Shown here piece after piece: positions 13,551 through 27,010 of a stretch of 64,000 nt of DNA. Position 1 is the first letter of the stretch, and each line of letters begins with the position of its first letter. The position numbers were made by a program, and so were the translations under genes. Below the pieces are notes generated by a model that ran no database searches, was not told the origin of the DNA, and saw only the letters and a list, made by a program, of their open reading frames with translations. Source of the DNA: Octopus sinensis (lineage: Eukaryota); the NCBI RefSeq assembly GCF_006345805.1, contig NC_042998.1, positions 144,522,001-144,586,000 on the forward strand, in the 5' to 3' direction.

Positions 13551-13799
13551 ACTTTTAGATATCAAATAATGCCTTTACTACTTTACAAACATTAAATATT
13601 TTAATTACTATAGTAAAAGTAATGTTAGTCCTCTATATTGCCAATCACATAATTCTGAAGAGGAAATGGTATGTGTGAGTCAGCAAACCACCATCTATTT
13701 ACAACTAGACACCACACAACTATTTACTAATCTCAACCTCTTTGACACTTCAGGTTAGCTAATTGGTCAGAGTTCTGGCAAAAACTAGCAGTGCATCTA

Positions 13800-14400
13800 C
13801 TTCATTCCTGACAGAAATAGCTAAGGAACTGAAGCCATCTTCTTGAGTATGTCCCATGTTCTTCACACAACTCAAACACTTAACTCCCTAAATCCTCCAA
13901 CTGGTCCGCCCATAGTTGCAATAAAGAAGTACTTAGCCTGGAAAATATCACCAAGCCCTTCAAATTCAATTCAATAGCTTTTGCTCACCACAATAATTTC
14001 TGCAAGGCCAATTGCTCCCTCTAATACTTTGCTGTGGGTGTGTACAAATAAAAGAAAATCATGTGATGAGAGAGGATGGTAGTGTATAGTGGGTTTGTAG
14101 CTAGATCCACAATGTCCTACCTGGCAGAAAATGCCTTACGAGGCATGTAGCAGAGGCATGTTTGTGAAAGCCCAGATTCTCAGCAAGTACTTAAACAAAA
14201 TAACTGCTACATGATTACAGTTATATCTGACATGGTTTGGTGATTGCATGGATAATGAAGATAAAATTAGCCAGACATTCCCAGGAGAGGTTGATATTGT
14301 TGGAAGGTATCTGAATCAGGGATATCTAGTTAATAGATGATCAATAGAGTACCCAGCAGTTCAATATGTAAAATATAAATAAATATCTGTAAATATGGAA
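13800..14400 (+). mobile_element. Possible highly decayed Penelope-like RT fragment
   Basis: Faint motifs across frames: G(R)PIV, KP(T)DSQQYL. Weak. Confidence 0.3.
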
Positions 14401-14660
14401 TGTTGTTTCAAAGTTATACTATTTGTCTTCATTAAATATTTCTTCACATTTTACAAATGTGAATATATTTATTTTCCTTACAAATATCTACTCATACACA
14501 CACACACAAGTGCACACATAACCAAGAAAATGAACACTGTCAGAAGATGAAATTGTTGTGATCTCCAGTCAATAACTTGAGAAGTAAGTGTTCCCACAGT
14601 GCCAGCTGTAAACAAAATAATAATATTCAATGTGTGTGTGAAACTGCATAAGATACTAAC

Positions 14661-14827
14661 CTTTAGTGTGTAATCCCAGCTACCAGTACACAGAGCTGTA
14701 CCATCAGGTGATACACCAAGACAACTAACACGGTTTTCATGACCATACAATACACAGATACGGTTGCTCTTAAGGACATCCCATATATTTACGTTATAGT
14801 CATTATAGCCAGCAAATAGTAACCGAC
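14661..14827 (-). CDS. GNB5: G-protein beta-5 coding exon (167 nt)
   Basis: (G)[55 protein letters not shown]. Acceptor gtgtag, donor gttagt. Confidence 0.97.
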
Positions 14828-15339
14828 CTACACATCACAGACAGAAACAAAGGATAAAGAACAGGATTACAAAAAAAAGAAAATTATTTGTGAAAAAACA
14901 TATCAACATAATATAACATTCACATTTAATACATTCGAGTGTATTTGGATGTGATAAGACTTTTCACTACAGAAATAGCCTTGAGAGAAAATTCTCCACC
15001 TAGATATGCATGAAAACATATTTGTGGGTAGGGGACTGCAAGTGATGTCATTTTTGTGTAGGATGCATGCATTTCTGTGTTGTTTTGCTTTGTCAGCTGT
15101 GAAGCCAAAATCTGTCACTGCCAGTAAGAATGAAATTATTTTTATTGAAACAGCATACAGATTGTTGGCTGGTTTACTTCAAACCACATAACTGCTGTCA
15201 GACATTAAAGAAACATAGCTTCTACTGTAGAATTAACAATGATAAACAAATTCAGTATAATAAAGTATTTGGTAAAAATATTATTTAGTGATGTCTGGAA
15301 CTAGTAAAAACAGGGTTTGCATTCAATAGATATTTCAGG

Positions 15340-15812
15340 CATCACTGTGTGGTTTAAGTAGTGTGCTTTAAAACCACATGATTTCAAGTTCAGTTCCACT
15401 GCAGAGCACCTTGGGCAAGTGTCTTCTACTATAGCTTAGTCAACCAATTATTTGTGAGTGAACTTGGAAGATGGAAACATCAAAAGCCCATTGTATATAT
15501 GTGTATCTATTTATGTATATATGCGTATGCATGTGTATGTGTATAATATATATATATATATATAGAGATAGATATATACATATATACATACGTGTGTATG
15601 TTTCTTTGAGATTGACCCCCCCATGATCACTTGACAACCAATATAGGTTTGTTTACATATCACTCCTGCAACTTAGTGGTTTGGCAAAAGAGACTGACAG
15701 AATAACTACCAGACTTTAAAATAAGTACTGGGGTTGATTTGTCTGACTAAACCTTTCAAGGTAGTTCCCCAACATGATTGCAGTCCAATGACTGAAACAG
15801 GTAAGATATAAA
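15340..15812 (+). mobile_element. tRNA-derived SINE family A (CORE-like centre), near full length
   Basis: Head with degenerate A/B boxes, gcaccttgggcaagtgtcttctactatagc core, microsatellite spacer, tail catgattgcagtccaatgactgaaaca. Confidence 0.8.
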
Positions 15813-15852
15813 ATCTTTCAGAACTTTCAAAATTCCCAAAATAGACACTTAC

Positions 15853-15949
15853 CACTTAATGAAAATCCTACAGAGTTACAACCAAAAATAATACTTTCTT
15901 TTTTATAGCAGTTCACCTCTCGGTCAGCTCGCAAGTCAAATAGTCGACA
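15853..15949 (-). CDS. GNB5: G-protein beta-5 coding exon (97 nt)
   Basis: [32 protein letters not shown](G). Acceptor tttttgcag, donor gtaagt. Confidence 0.96.
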
Positions 15950-17817
15950 CTGCAAAAAGAAATGGTTTTACATAAATCTTCTTACAACTGAAAATGCAAA
16001 TTGCTGAGATGGCTAACTACCAGAAACGCAACTGTGTGGTTAGCAGTTTCTATTTTGTTACTGACACGGTGTTATGTCCATAGCCTGGATATTTAACTTT
16101 AATCACCAGAGATCAACCAGCTTTATTAATTTGTTTCACCCTTTTGCAACCATATTTCTATTGAAATACTCTGCCTTTGTTGTACCTATGAAGGGTCATT
16201 ATCCTAATAATAAGCACACGCACTGGTTGTATTTCACTTCCTTTTTATTATTATTAGTCAATTAGTTAACCATTTAACCAAATAACTATTCAAGTGTTTG
16301 AGTCATTACTTGCCATTCACGACTTCATCAATGACACACCCTTTCAACTCCAGCTGGTGTTTGGGACATAAATTAACAAGAAATATTGGTTCTCAAATTT
16401 TGACACAGGGTCAGCAATTTCAGGGGTGGGGAGGTAAGTTGATTACATTGATCCCCAGTGTTCAACTGGTACTTATTTTATCTCAAAAGGATGAAAAGCA
16501 AAGTCATCCATGGCAGTATTTGAACTCAGAATGTAATGTCAGAAGAAATGTCGTGCATTTTTTTTAATGTGGTAATGATTTTGCTTAGAAACTTTGAAGG
16601 AAGTTTTCAAGGACCAAAGATGGTCTTGGGCAGGTATTTTCATGTTAGCATACACTGAATGGGGACTTATTTGAAGCAGCTGCATGCTGTTCCTGTCACC
16701 AATCCTCAGCTGCTTTTCAAGTAAGGAATTTTTTAAATAATTCTACTGCTCAATGAAAGAACAGAGCAAACTGGCCATAATGTATCAAGGAATGTAAACA
16801 TTATATCACCATTTTGCACAAATGCTGATAAAAGAACCTATGAAATGTCAACATTCACATGTGTAAGTATGCATACACACATACATGCAGAAACAAGGAA
16901 AGCTTTTTTTCAGTTTCCAACAAACAAATTCACTCACAAGGCACTGATCAGCTCAGGGCTGTTCTGGAGTAAATGTAAATGATATATTAGGTGTATATGG
17001 GCCAATGGAACAGCATCACAGTATAATTGTCACAAGCTGATATAGATAAGGTAAAAGCTGGAATCTGAGTAAACTAGTAGTGTATATAGTTTTACTAACC
17101 TTAATCATATCTGTCTTGAGTGTCTTTAATTAGAGTTCACTTGAGGACACAAGATAAATAGTATAAAAGATGTATGGGTAATTTGACACACCCTAATTTT
17201 CTGCAGCACATATTCAGGGGAAAAAGGGACTTATTGCATTAAAACTAATAGGAGACCCAACTTTGCATATAGGACATGGGATAATTTTTTTGAGACATTT
17301 TAAAAAAAAGAATGTGTCTTAAATGTCATCAAATACAGTAGTTTGAGTATGTCCTCAAAAGTAATCACAATTAATAGATAAAGGAAAATTGTTCCCAGGT
17401 GAAAGGAACTATCTTAAGAAGAAGTCTCAGGGAAAATTACATGATGTAGATATCATCATCATCATTGTTTAACAACTGTTTTCCATACTGACATGGGCTA
17501 GATGATTTGATCAGAGCGGGCAAGCCAGAGAGCTACATCAGGTTCCAGTCTGATTTAGATTGGTTTCTACAGCTGATGTTCTTCCTAACACCAACCACTT
17601 TACAGTGTATCTGGGTGCTTTTAACATGGCACAAACACGAGTACTTTTATGTGGCACCAACACAAGTGGTTTTCATGTGTCACCGGCACAGGACTCTCCA
17701 TTCCTCTTCACCTATGATGACAAAATTATCAATGGTGATGACAGCAATTAAGTAAGATGAATAGAGTGATAGAAGACAAGAAATAAAAAAGTGAAGAAAA
17801 GAAACAAAAAGACTAAC

Positions 17818-17958
17818 CGTTGCATCATCAGAACCAGTAGCAAATGCATCACCACTGGGAAAGAATCTGACTGAATTGATGTCGTTTTCATGGCCTTCAA
17901 ATACTTGAGTACATTCACCAGTTCTCATGTCCCATACCATTGCAACTTTATCACAACC
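17818..17958 (-). CDS. GNB5: G-protein beta-5 coding exon (141 nt)
   Basis: [47 protein letters not shown] (partly in the ORF track). Acceptor gatgacag, donor gttagt. Confidence 0.97.
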
Positions 17959-18819
17959 CTGTCATCAAATAAAGAGAGAAAATGTACATCAATATCATTG
18001 CCACCATCATCATCATTGCCATCATCATTACCATCATCATCGCCACCATCATCATCACCACCACCATCGTTACCATGATCATCTTCATTATCATTACCAA
18101 CCATCATCATCATCTTTAACATTATTGTTTTATGTTCACTTTCTATGCTAGCATTGGATAGGTTGAAGATCAAAGTCAACACGTATTGTTAGTCACCAAG
18201 GTATGTTGGAGGATCACCATGTTTATAAATTTTAGTTTCTGAAACAGCAACCATAATGATGATGACAATGATGATATATATATATACCCACTATTCAACA
18301 TAAATGCGTTTATTGAGGAGTGTTCCATCATCTCTATTTTAATGCACAGCTTTCCATGCATGTAATGTTTGGTCAGAATATGTTAAAGTAGATTTTCTAT
18401 GGTTGGATGTCCTTTTAGTCATTAACCCTTCATTGTTACAAAGCAAGGTAATGTTTTACCTCAGCCAAACATGCTTTCTATGGGAGATTGTAAATAAATG
18501 ATGTAAATAAAAACATTGGGATACAAACTTCCTAAGTACACATCCATACCTGCACTTGGTCATAAATGGTAAATATGCCCAAGTCTTCTGATGGTTAAAT
18601 ACATCACCTGATTAGATTTATCAGCTCAGATTTTATAACTTTCCAGCTGAGAAGCTTGCCTCCCAACAATGTGGATTTTGCACAGCCCCTAAGGCAAGTG
18701 TCTTCTACCATAGCCCTGGTCTCGCCAAAGTGTTGCAAGTGGGCTTGATAGATGGAAACTGTGTGGAAGCCTGTTGGCTTCTGCTGACATGGAGCTCCCT
18801 TATCTGGTGGCCAATGCAG

Positions 18820-20755
18820 AAGCTAAAGATAAATTAGTGGTTGGTGAGAAATGTACAGGGATGTTGTTAGTAAGGTGAAAGTTGGCAAAGAATATAAAAA
18901 GGAATTTAGTGTACAGGTAGGATTTCACCAAGGATCAGTCCTTAGCTCCCGCTTGTTTATCACAGCCTCCAGGCCATAACAAATGTATTTAAGACTGTTT
19001 GTCCTTGGGAGCTCCTCTATATTGATGACCTTGTTCTTGTAGCTGAATCTCCACTAGAATTAGTGAAGAAATTTTAGGCGTGGAAGCAATGTTTGGAATC
19101 AAAGGGCCTTAGAATTAATTTAACAAAGACAAACGACAGAGGTTCTGGTAAGTAGAAAAGCAGGCAAATTACTAATCCCTTCAGGAAGATGGCTGTGCTT
19201 GATATGTAGAAAAGGTGTAGGTAGAAATTCCATGCAGTGTATTCAGAGTTAACTATGGACAGGTAAACTGAGTAGCAGTATCACAGGAAGGTTAAAACAG
19301 AAAGTAGTTTTTGTGTGTGGCAGATGTGCAGGCACAATAAACATTAGGAATATACAGAAAACAGACTTTGTCAAATGCCTAGGGGAATACTTAGAAGTAG
19401 TAGATAGCTTCTGTTACCTAGGTGACCAAGGCAGCGGTGGAGAAGGATGCCCTGAAAGCATAGTTGTTAGAATAAGAATGGACTACACAAAGTTCAAAGA
19501 GCTTCTACTTTTGTTGGTAACAAAGAGCCTCTCTTTCAGAAAGAAAGGCAAATTGTTTGATACCTGTGTATGGACAGCTATGCTACATGGCAGTGAAACA
19601 TGGGCTGTGACTGCAGAAGATATGTAAAGGCTTAAAAGAAATGAAGCCAGCATGCTCTGCTGGATGTGCAGTGTCAGTGTACAAATGACAGAGTGTAAAT
19701 GTTTTAACAGAAAAATAGGCTATAAGAGGCACCAGGAGTAGTGTGCATGGCAGAAGACTGCACTGCTAGGGTCATGTGAAGCATATAGATGGGGGAGCTG
19801 AATAAAGAAGTGCCAATCTCTAATTGTGGAGGGAACTTGTGGAATGGGTAGACCCAGGAAGATGTGGGACGAAGCGGTGAGAAATGATCTTTGGAGATGA
19901 TAAGGGGCTGAGACATCTGGTGATTTGCAGTGCTTGAGAAGATACATCAAGCTAAGTAAAATAATGGCCATCTATACATACAGGCATGTCCTTTACAGCC
20001 ATTCTCCCTGCTTCGCATGTAACCTGTCCTCTGTTGGAATTCCCTTGCAACCCATTTTCCCAACACTCCTACCATCCCACCACCCATGATTACCACCTGC
20101 TATAAGCCCCTCCACTCTCCCTCACTTGCCTATGCTCTCACATATCTATCATACTCCCCTCCTAGCCACTCCAATTTCTCACCATCACTTGCTACAGTTT
20201 TCACTTCTTTGCTAAACATCTCCCATCACCCCTCACACACTTGTGGAACATGTCCCTCTACCCCTTCTGTACCACTTATACTTGTCCCCCTCAGTTCCCT
20301 GCTGGTAGGTCCTGATGCATCTCCAACACCACCTATCTCTATATCTTTTCCTTTAACTTTCTCTTTCCTCACCCGTCTTTTCCAACTGTTATAGCCAAGA
20401 ATCTCCTCTATAGTTAGACACCCATCTCTACCCCCACCTATAATAATACTCTAACCTCTCTCCTGGCACAAAGCCACTTCCCTCGGTTCCACTCCTTCCC
20501 CCAGCTGAGAGGTCTTCATCTCACAAGTTACTTGGTGGCCCTGCTGGTGTTGGTGCTACATGGAAAGTAACAGTACTGGTGCCATATAAAAAGCACCCAG
20601 TACACTCTGTAAAGCGGTTGGCATTAGGAAGGACATCAGCCATAGAAATTATGTCAAAACAAATGAACTGGTGCAGCTCTCCTGCTTGTCAGCTCCAGTC
20701 AAACCGTCCAACCCATGCCAACATGGAAGATGGACGTTAATTGATCATGGTGATA
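18820..20755 (+). mobile_element. 5'-truncated RTE-clade LINE: RT C-terminal half, C-rich 3'UTR and common tail
   Basis: GFHQGSVLS..., PWELLYIDD (YADD-type), CYLGDQ, LHGSETWAVTAED. Multiple stops and frameshifts. Ends in the ggcattaggaagg...catggaagatggacgttaa tail. Confidence 0.9.
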
Positions 20756-21110
20756 TATGTACATGCATGTGTGCATGTTGGTGCGTACTCTTGCCATAAC
20801 ATTATGTGATTGTTGTAAATGAACAGCACCATCATATTCATTTCCCAGTCTTCAGTGAAAAACGTGTCTAGCGATGGGGGAAATATTACTTTGTTTGGAA
20901 ACAGGTGAATGTTGGTGACAAGAAAGGCATCTGACAGTAGAAAATCTGTCTCAACAAATTCCATGTGACCCATCCAAACATGGGGAAGTAGATGTTAAAA
21001 TGATGATGACAATTTAAATTATAATAGTGTAGGAATATTAATTGTATTGACAGAAATGTAAATTCTGGTTTTCCCTTGTCAAAACAATATTTGAAAAATC
21101 AAGTACTTAC

Positions 21111-21254
21111 TCCGGATACAAACTGGTTACCATTTTCTGAAGGTGAAAGATTAATACTCATAACATCTCCTGCATGTCCATGAAAACTTTGAATCAATTG
21201 GCCACTTTCGACATCCCACAGTGCACATGTACTGTCTCCACTTCCTGTTAGAAT
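21111..21254 (-). CDS. GNB5: G-protein beta-5 coding exon (144 nt)
   Basis: [50 protein letters not shown]40 repeat. Acceptor tttttag, donor gtaagt. Confidence 0.97.
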
Positions 21255-21713
21255 CTAAAAAAATAAAATGTCAAATGTTTCTTGAAATATTTTATAAGAT
21301 ATTTTTTTTAATTTTAAATTTTGATTTTATCATAAATAAATAATAAATTATATGAATAAGGATTTATATATAAATAATGAATTATATGAATAATGATTCA
21401 TCACATATGAATAATGATTTACCAAATCACCTGAGACTGGCCCTGTTTTAACTCTTTTTTTACATATTTGTGCTGAAAAACACTGTCTTTGTTTTAATTA
21501 ATTCTTAAAATAATGAAGAATTTAGTAAAATAATTTTAACATTATGACATTATCAAGTTACTATTTGGAGTATAAATTGACATAAACCTTTGATGGAAGT
21601 TTTTAATTTAGATCACTTTATCCATTTGTTAGCATATTTCTGTGGACATACACTGCCTTTGTTTCATTTAACTTCGAAAACTTAAAATATTAAAAAACAG
21701 CTGTTCAGTTTAC

Positions 21714-21840
21714 CTGTTGATCAGATGTGGTAAATGTACAGCAGGACAAATAACTGGTATGTGTAGCAACAGCTTTCTTTTTACTGGCAGGATCTTCATC
21801 CAAACTTAGTGGGTAAATGGTACATTTATTGTCCAGACCT
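21714..21840 (-). CDS. GNB5: G-protein beta-5 coding exon (127 nt)
   Basis: (G)[42 protein letters not shown]. Acceptor tttatacag, donor gtaaac. Confidence 0.96.
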
Positions 21841-22662
21841 CTGTATAAAAAGATAGACAGAAAGTTTGAGAGAAAGAGAGACAGGTTTAAATGTTAGCAG
21901 GAATTAACAAAGGAAATATTGAAAAGTGTTTAACCATTTAACATTTCAGAATACTCTGTCAAATGTAATGCTTATTTATTCACATTGGTTTGAATTGATT
22001 ATGCATTATCTTAGAGCCTTGAAATTTTGATGATGGGATTGTTTATTCATAAAATGACATTGTAGGTGTAAGAGGCAGGATCTGCATGGTTTGAACATTA
22101 CAACAGGTAGAATTTTGAGGTTGGATATGGCCACTTTAAATGCTAAAGAGTTGAAACCTAGTTACACATAACTAACAAAACTATCACACATACAAATGCA
22201 CGGAGTTTTAAACTTCTATGTATTCTCAAATATTTTCAGGTACAAATATGTTGTGTAGCTAACAAAAGGATCTTTAAATGGCAGATTGAATAAGATTGAT
22301 AATACAGTTGAAGATGTAAAAACAAAGTGTTGTTGAAGCCTCAGATAAAAGGACACTTGAAAACAGAAAGCATCTGGGCTATCAAATTTAGCACATAAGA
22401 TGCAAGCTGCAGATGGTGCACCTCAAATACTAAAGAGTCCGTACTGTTTATTCACCTCAGTTGGACTGTGCAGGAAAGTATTATGTCTAATGATTTGTGT
22501 AACAGTAACATTGATAACTGCTAGAAAAGTAATGGAGAGGTAGTAAAATGTGAAAATTATGGAGAGGAATTTCTTGATAAATGAAACAATGTGTTGCATT
22601 TTGGGAAGGTTATTATACCAATAATAAACACACACACACTGGTTTTATTTCGCTTCTTTTAG

Positions 22663-22880
22663 TATTATTAGTGAATTGGTTAACCAATTAGCTAATCAAT
22701 TGGTTGATTAATTGTTCAGTGATTCAATCAATAGGTTAAGTTTGTCAAAACCCTTTCATTACCATTTGTAACCTCATCAATGACATGGTATCTATTCCAG
22801 GTCTGATTTATTAACTAACCAAAAGATTAATCAAGCAATTGATTAGTTAATTGGCTAAATGTTAACCAATTGAATAATAA
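22663..22880. mobile_element. MITE-like fold-back element with about 50-bp imperfect TIRs
   Basis: aattggttaaccaattagctaatcaattggttgattaat ... attaatcaagcaattgattagttaattggct..gttaaccaatt. A partial relative lies at about 16250-16335. Confidence 0.6.
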
Positions 22881-23013
22881 TAATAATAATAATAATCCTT
22901 TCTATTAAAGGCACAGGCCTAAAATTTTGGGGAAGAGGACTAGTTGATTACATCAACCCCAGTGTTACACTGGTACTTAATTTATCGACTCCAAAAGGAT
23001 GAAAGGCAAATTA

Positions 23014-25177
23014 TTTATACTATAATGGAGAAAGCTGCTTATTAATTAGGTATGCAACAATTACTAAAAGTACTAAAAGCTTGACCGTCTGGAAATATTT
23101 TTATAAATTCATGTTCTAAAAAATTGCCTATAATTTCACTTCTGGATTTTTTAACTCCAAATACTCGCAAATTTAAATATTCGTTGCATTCACTGTGGAG
23201 TAGATTTTAAATAATAAACAATATTAATTCATTGCAGGCAACATTTTACATTTCTATTTGCAAGAGTTTCTCATTCTTGCTCGCCTCTATTTTCATTAAT
23301 GATAATTTAATAATAGCTATATAACTTTGATACGAGACACAATTTCAAGAATATTATCAGTTCCCGGAGTTTGTTAAATGAATATTTTTGATAAAATAAA
23401 AATTTTTTTAATATACCAGTATAATTTTTTTTTTTAAATGAAGTGATTTTGTTGGTATGGCTATTTGGAACACTATAAGCCTTACAATAATAACTATGTG
23501 ATTGCTGCTATTTCTAGCATGCTAAAGATAGTTTCTAACGAGATTTCATTTACATTTAATATGTGACTGAAAATGAAAATTTAGCAGCTAAGGCACAATA
23601 GCAGAGAGAAAGATGGGCAACTGTATCAGATGAAACCAGGGCAAAGCGACTGAAACAGATGTCTGAATATGTATGGAGATGTAGACATGATTCTTTTTCC
23701 AATACACATGACCGACTGGTTAGGGTATCTTGAGAGGAGAATATTCTACTTCAAAATAATGGTATTAGATCCCAAATTGTTGATGCAACACTAAAGAGAT
23801 CTTTCCTTTGCGTTCATGTGGAAGCAGTAGAGTTGACAATCAGTCTAAGACTGCTTACAGAAGGTCATTCTGATGAAAGAGAGTTTGCTAATTACGTTCT
23901 TGATGTAGGAAATGGTAACATTTCTGTTGAACAAAGCCTAGGTGAATTCAAAATCAAACTACCCAATGACCTTTCCCTTGAAAGTGATACTCTTTAAGAT
24001 TTATGTGATTTTGTATATGCTGACCTCAAAAATAACTTCACAAACCCTGTGTGGCTTGCAAATAGAACCACTGTTACTCCAACAAATGAAGTAGCACAAT
24101 TTGTGAATGATTTTCAGTTGACTAGGATCTCTGGTGAGCTAAAAATATACAGAAGCTCAGATACAGTTGATTATGAAACTCTGTATCCAATTGAGTTCAT
24201 CAACAAACTTACACCATCAGGGTCTCCAACAAACATTTTCAAACTGAAGAAAAAATGCTGCATAATGCTTTTGAGAAATTTAGATGCTACTAATGGACAT
24301 TGCAAAGGCACACGCTATATCATTATCAGTTTTCATGATCATGCTACTGATGCTGAGGTTGCTTCTGGTCCTTATGCAGGATCAACTCTGCTAATCCCAA
24401 GAATACCACATGTATCTCAAGAAATGGAATTTCCATTCACATTTACATGCCAACTATTTCTTGTCAAGCCAGCTTTAGCCTTGACGTGCAACAAGGTACA
24501 GGGACAGACTTTTGAATAAATTGGAATATATCTTCCGACACAATTCTTCTCACATGGTCAGCTGTATGTTGCATTATCTAGAGTTTGAAAGCAGACTAAT
24601 GTAAAAATATTGTCTGAGAGAAATGGAAACAGCATGATTACTGACAATTGTGTCAAGAAGGAGATACTACTTTAAATCAAAATATGCTTTTTAGCAAGTT
24701 TCAGTAAATAGAATTAACATATAAATTGTATGTAAAGTAATATATATATGTGTGGAATAAATTATTTTGGCATATTTAAACAGATGCTGAATGAATGATA
24801 TTGTTATATTAGATCATTTTAAATTTGGGTATATTTGAAAAAGTAAGGAAATGCCATTCCCATGTGTTCTCACAGCACCAGATTTGTGTGCGTGTATGTC
24901 CGTCCATCCATCTGTCTGTCTATCTATCTATCTATTCATATCTGTGTAAGTTCTACCAATTATTAATGATAAAATATATATATAACAGACTGATTCTTTA
25001 AAAAAGAGATTATGACTGTGATAAAATAATGAAAGCAATATTTACTAAGCAAGCGAGCACTATTATACAATGAAATAATTAGATATAAAATATAAAAATG
25101 ATAGAATTGGGAGTCAAATGTGGAAACATTATCGAGTGGCTAACAGAAAACCACCTAGAGGGCGGTCCTTCTGTTAG
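23014..25177 (+). mobile_element. Internally deleted Helitron with PIF1-like helicase C-terminal remnant (about 23770-24675)
   Basis: Remnants RSQIV..LKRSFL, EFANYVLDVGNG, PIEFINKLTPSG, IMLLRNLDATNGHCKGTR, LALTCNKVQGQT, FFSHGQLYVALSRV. 5' end A|TTTATACTATAAT (TCTATAC-like). 3' hairpin followed by TTAG|T. Confidence 0.88.
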
Positions 25178-26727
25178 TAATGATAATAAAAAGAAATGAA
25201 ATAGGACCAGTGCATGTGTATTATTGGTATAATGACCCTCCTGAGATACACCAAAATCACATTAAAAATCTTGCATACCAAATACAAATGAAATATAACA
25301 GTGTGATTGATTAAGCTTTCCTTGGATTGGTAGGTAAAAGTGATTACAGGGAGGAAGTAGCAAGGATGGTCTTGAAGGTTTCTACTCAAAAAAAAAAAAA
25401 CACAGTGTGTTAGTGCTGGTGTAGAGATACAAACTCACCATAGTTTAAATGAAAAAGCTGATATGTTATCCAGTTGGCCATAGATACTGTAGAAATAAAT
25501 AAATTTAAAGACATCCTAGAATATATAACGACCATATAGGTTGACCCTCATTGAAACAACTCATGGAAAATATCTATTATTTTATTTGGTGTAACAAGAT
25601 GGTGAAAAATAATGATCAATGATAATAGAAATATATAAAGAATTTTGACAAAAAATTATTTCAAGTCAATGGAAATATTAGATACAGACAGCGTATATAA
25701 AAGCAAGAGAGATACATTCTAAACATATATGTATATACACACATAAATACTGAACAATGAGAATGAGTGCTCAACACTGCATTGGTGGATAAAGATACTT
25801 TTTTGTGTCCTAAATGTACCATTGGTTTCATGTTAAGAAATATCTTAATTTTTCAAGCCAATCACAAAGGAAATTGGTGTTCATTCCCCTTCAATTCTTG
25901 TTTTTGTTTATTGAAAATCCTTGCATGATCTCAGTGTAACTTTCCATGTTCTAATCCAAAATAGAGACAAACACCAATTTTTCTTTGCAATTGGTTTAAA
26001 AAAAACTGTTAAGATATTTCTTAATATGAAACCAATGGTAGCCTTAATACACAAATAAAGTATGTTTATGTATGTATATATACACATATATGTATAAAAA
26101 GAAAGCACACAAATGGGTTGATGTGAACATTAACCTATTCCTGTTCTTTCCTTATGTAAACACCACATCTGGAGCCTTCCCTACATTGGATTTGGAACCC
26201 ACAGTGGACTGCGATGCTGCATACTGGCTGGCATGTCTGTGTGTAGAATTTCATATACATGTATATTTACATGGATGTGTATATTAATTTGCTCATATGC
26301 ATGTGTATGTAATCCCAACCATAAATTGGTGTCCTTGTTTTTAAAATACCTTGATTCAGATGAATTCTGCATACAATTAATATATATATATATATATATA
26401 AGTATCAGGTGTGTTATGAGTATTTATAGAATATGTATCCTATATAAGCTCAACAAACAATTAAAGATGGAGAAAAGATGTTAAAAGTTTTATAAAATTT
26501 TAATCCATGCATACAATCGTTTCGAATGGTAACATGTAAGAAACATGGAAAAAAATTAAATTAATTCATGCTCATAACACACCTGATACTTTTAAAATTT
26601 TTATATTTAAAAAAAAATACTTACAATAGTTAAGCTACAAATTTAATATGAAGAATGTTTATTAGAAATTTAACTTTGGACCCCACCAAAATAAAAGGAT
26701 GAAATTGAACTCAACCTTTCACATATA

Positions 26728-27010
26728 TCATCATCATCATCGTTTAGCGTCCGCTTTCCATGCTGGCATGGGTTGGACGGTACAACTGGGGTCTGGGAAG
26801 CCAGAAGGCTGCACCAGACCCAGTCTGATTTGGCAATGTTTCTACGGCTGGATGCCCTTCCTAACGCCAACCACTCCATGAGTGTAGTGGGTGCTTTTTA
26901 CGTGCCACCAGCACAGGTGCCAGACGAGGCTGGCAAACGGCCATGATCGGATGGTGCTTTTTACGTGCCACCGGCACGGAAGCCAGTTGGGGTGGCACTG
27001 GCAATGGCCA
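26728..27010 (-). mobile_element. Young RTE 3' tail copy (5'-truncated), CpG-rich
   Basis: Reverse complement is about 90% identical to 30960-31200 and ends in (GAT)n. Confidence 0.9.

Noticed and set aside
17925-18182. Asp/Gly/Asn-rich ORF running into a GNB5 exon, as an alternative extended exon
   Set aside because: It is a (GAT/GGT)n trinucleotide tract and the frame differs from the exon frame.
24049-24519. PIF1-like helicase ORF as a host gene
   Set aside because: Flanked by in-frame stops and Helitron termini, intronless and partial.
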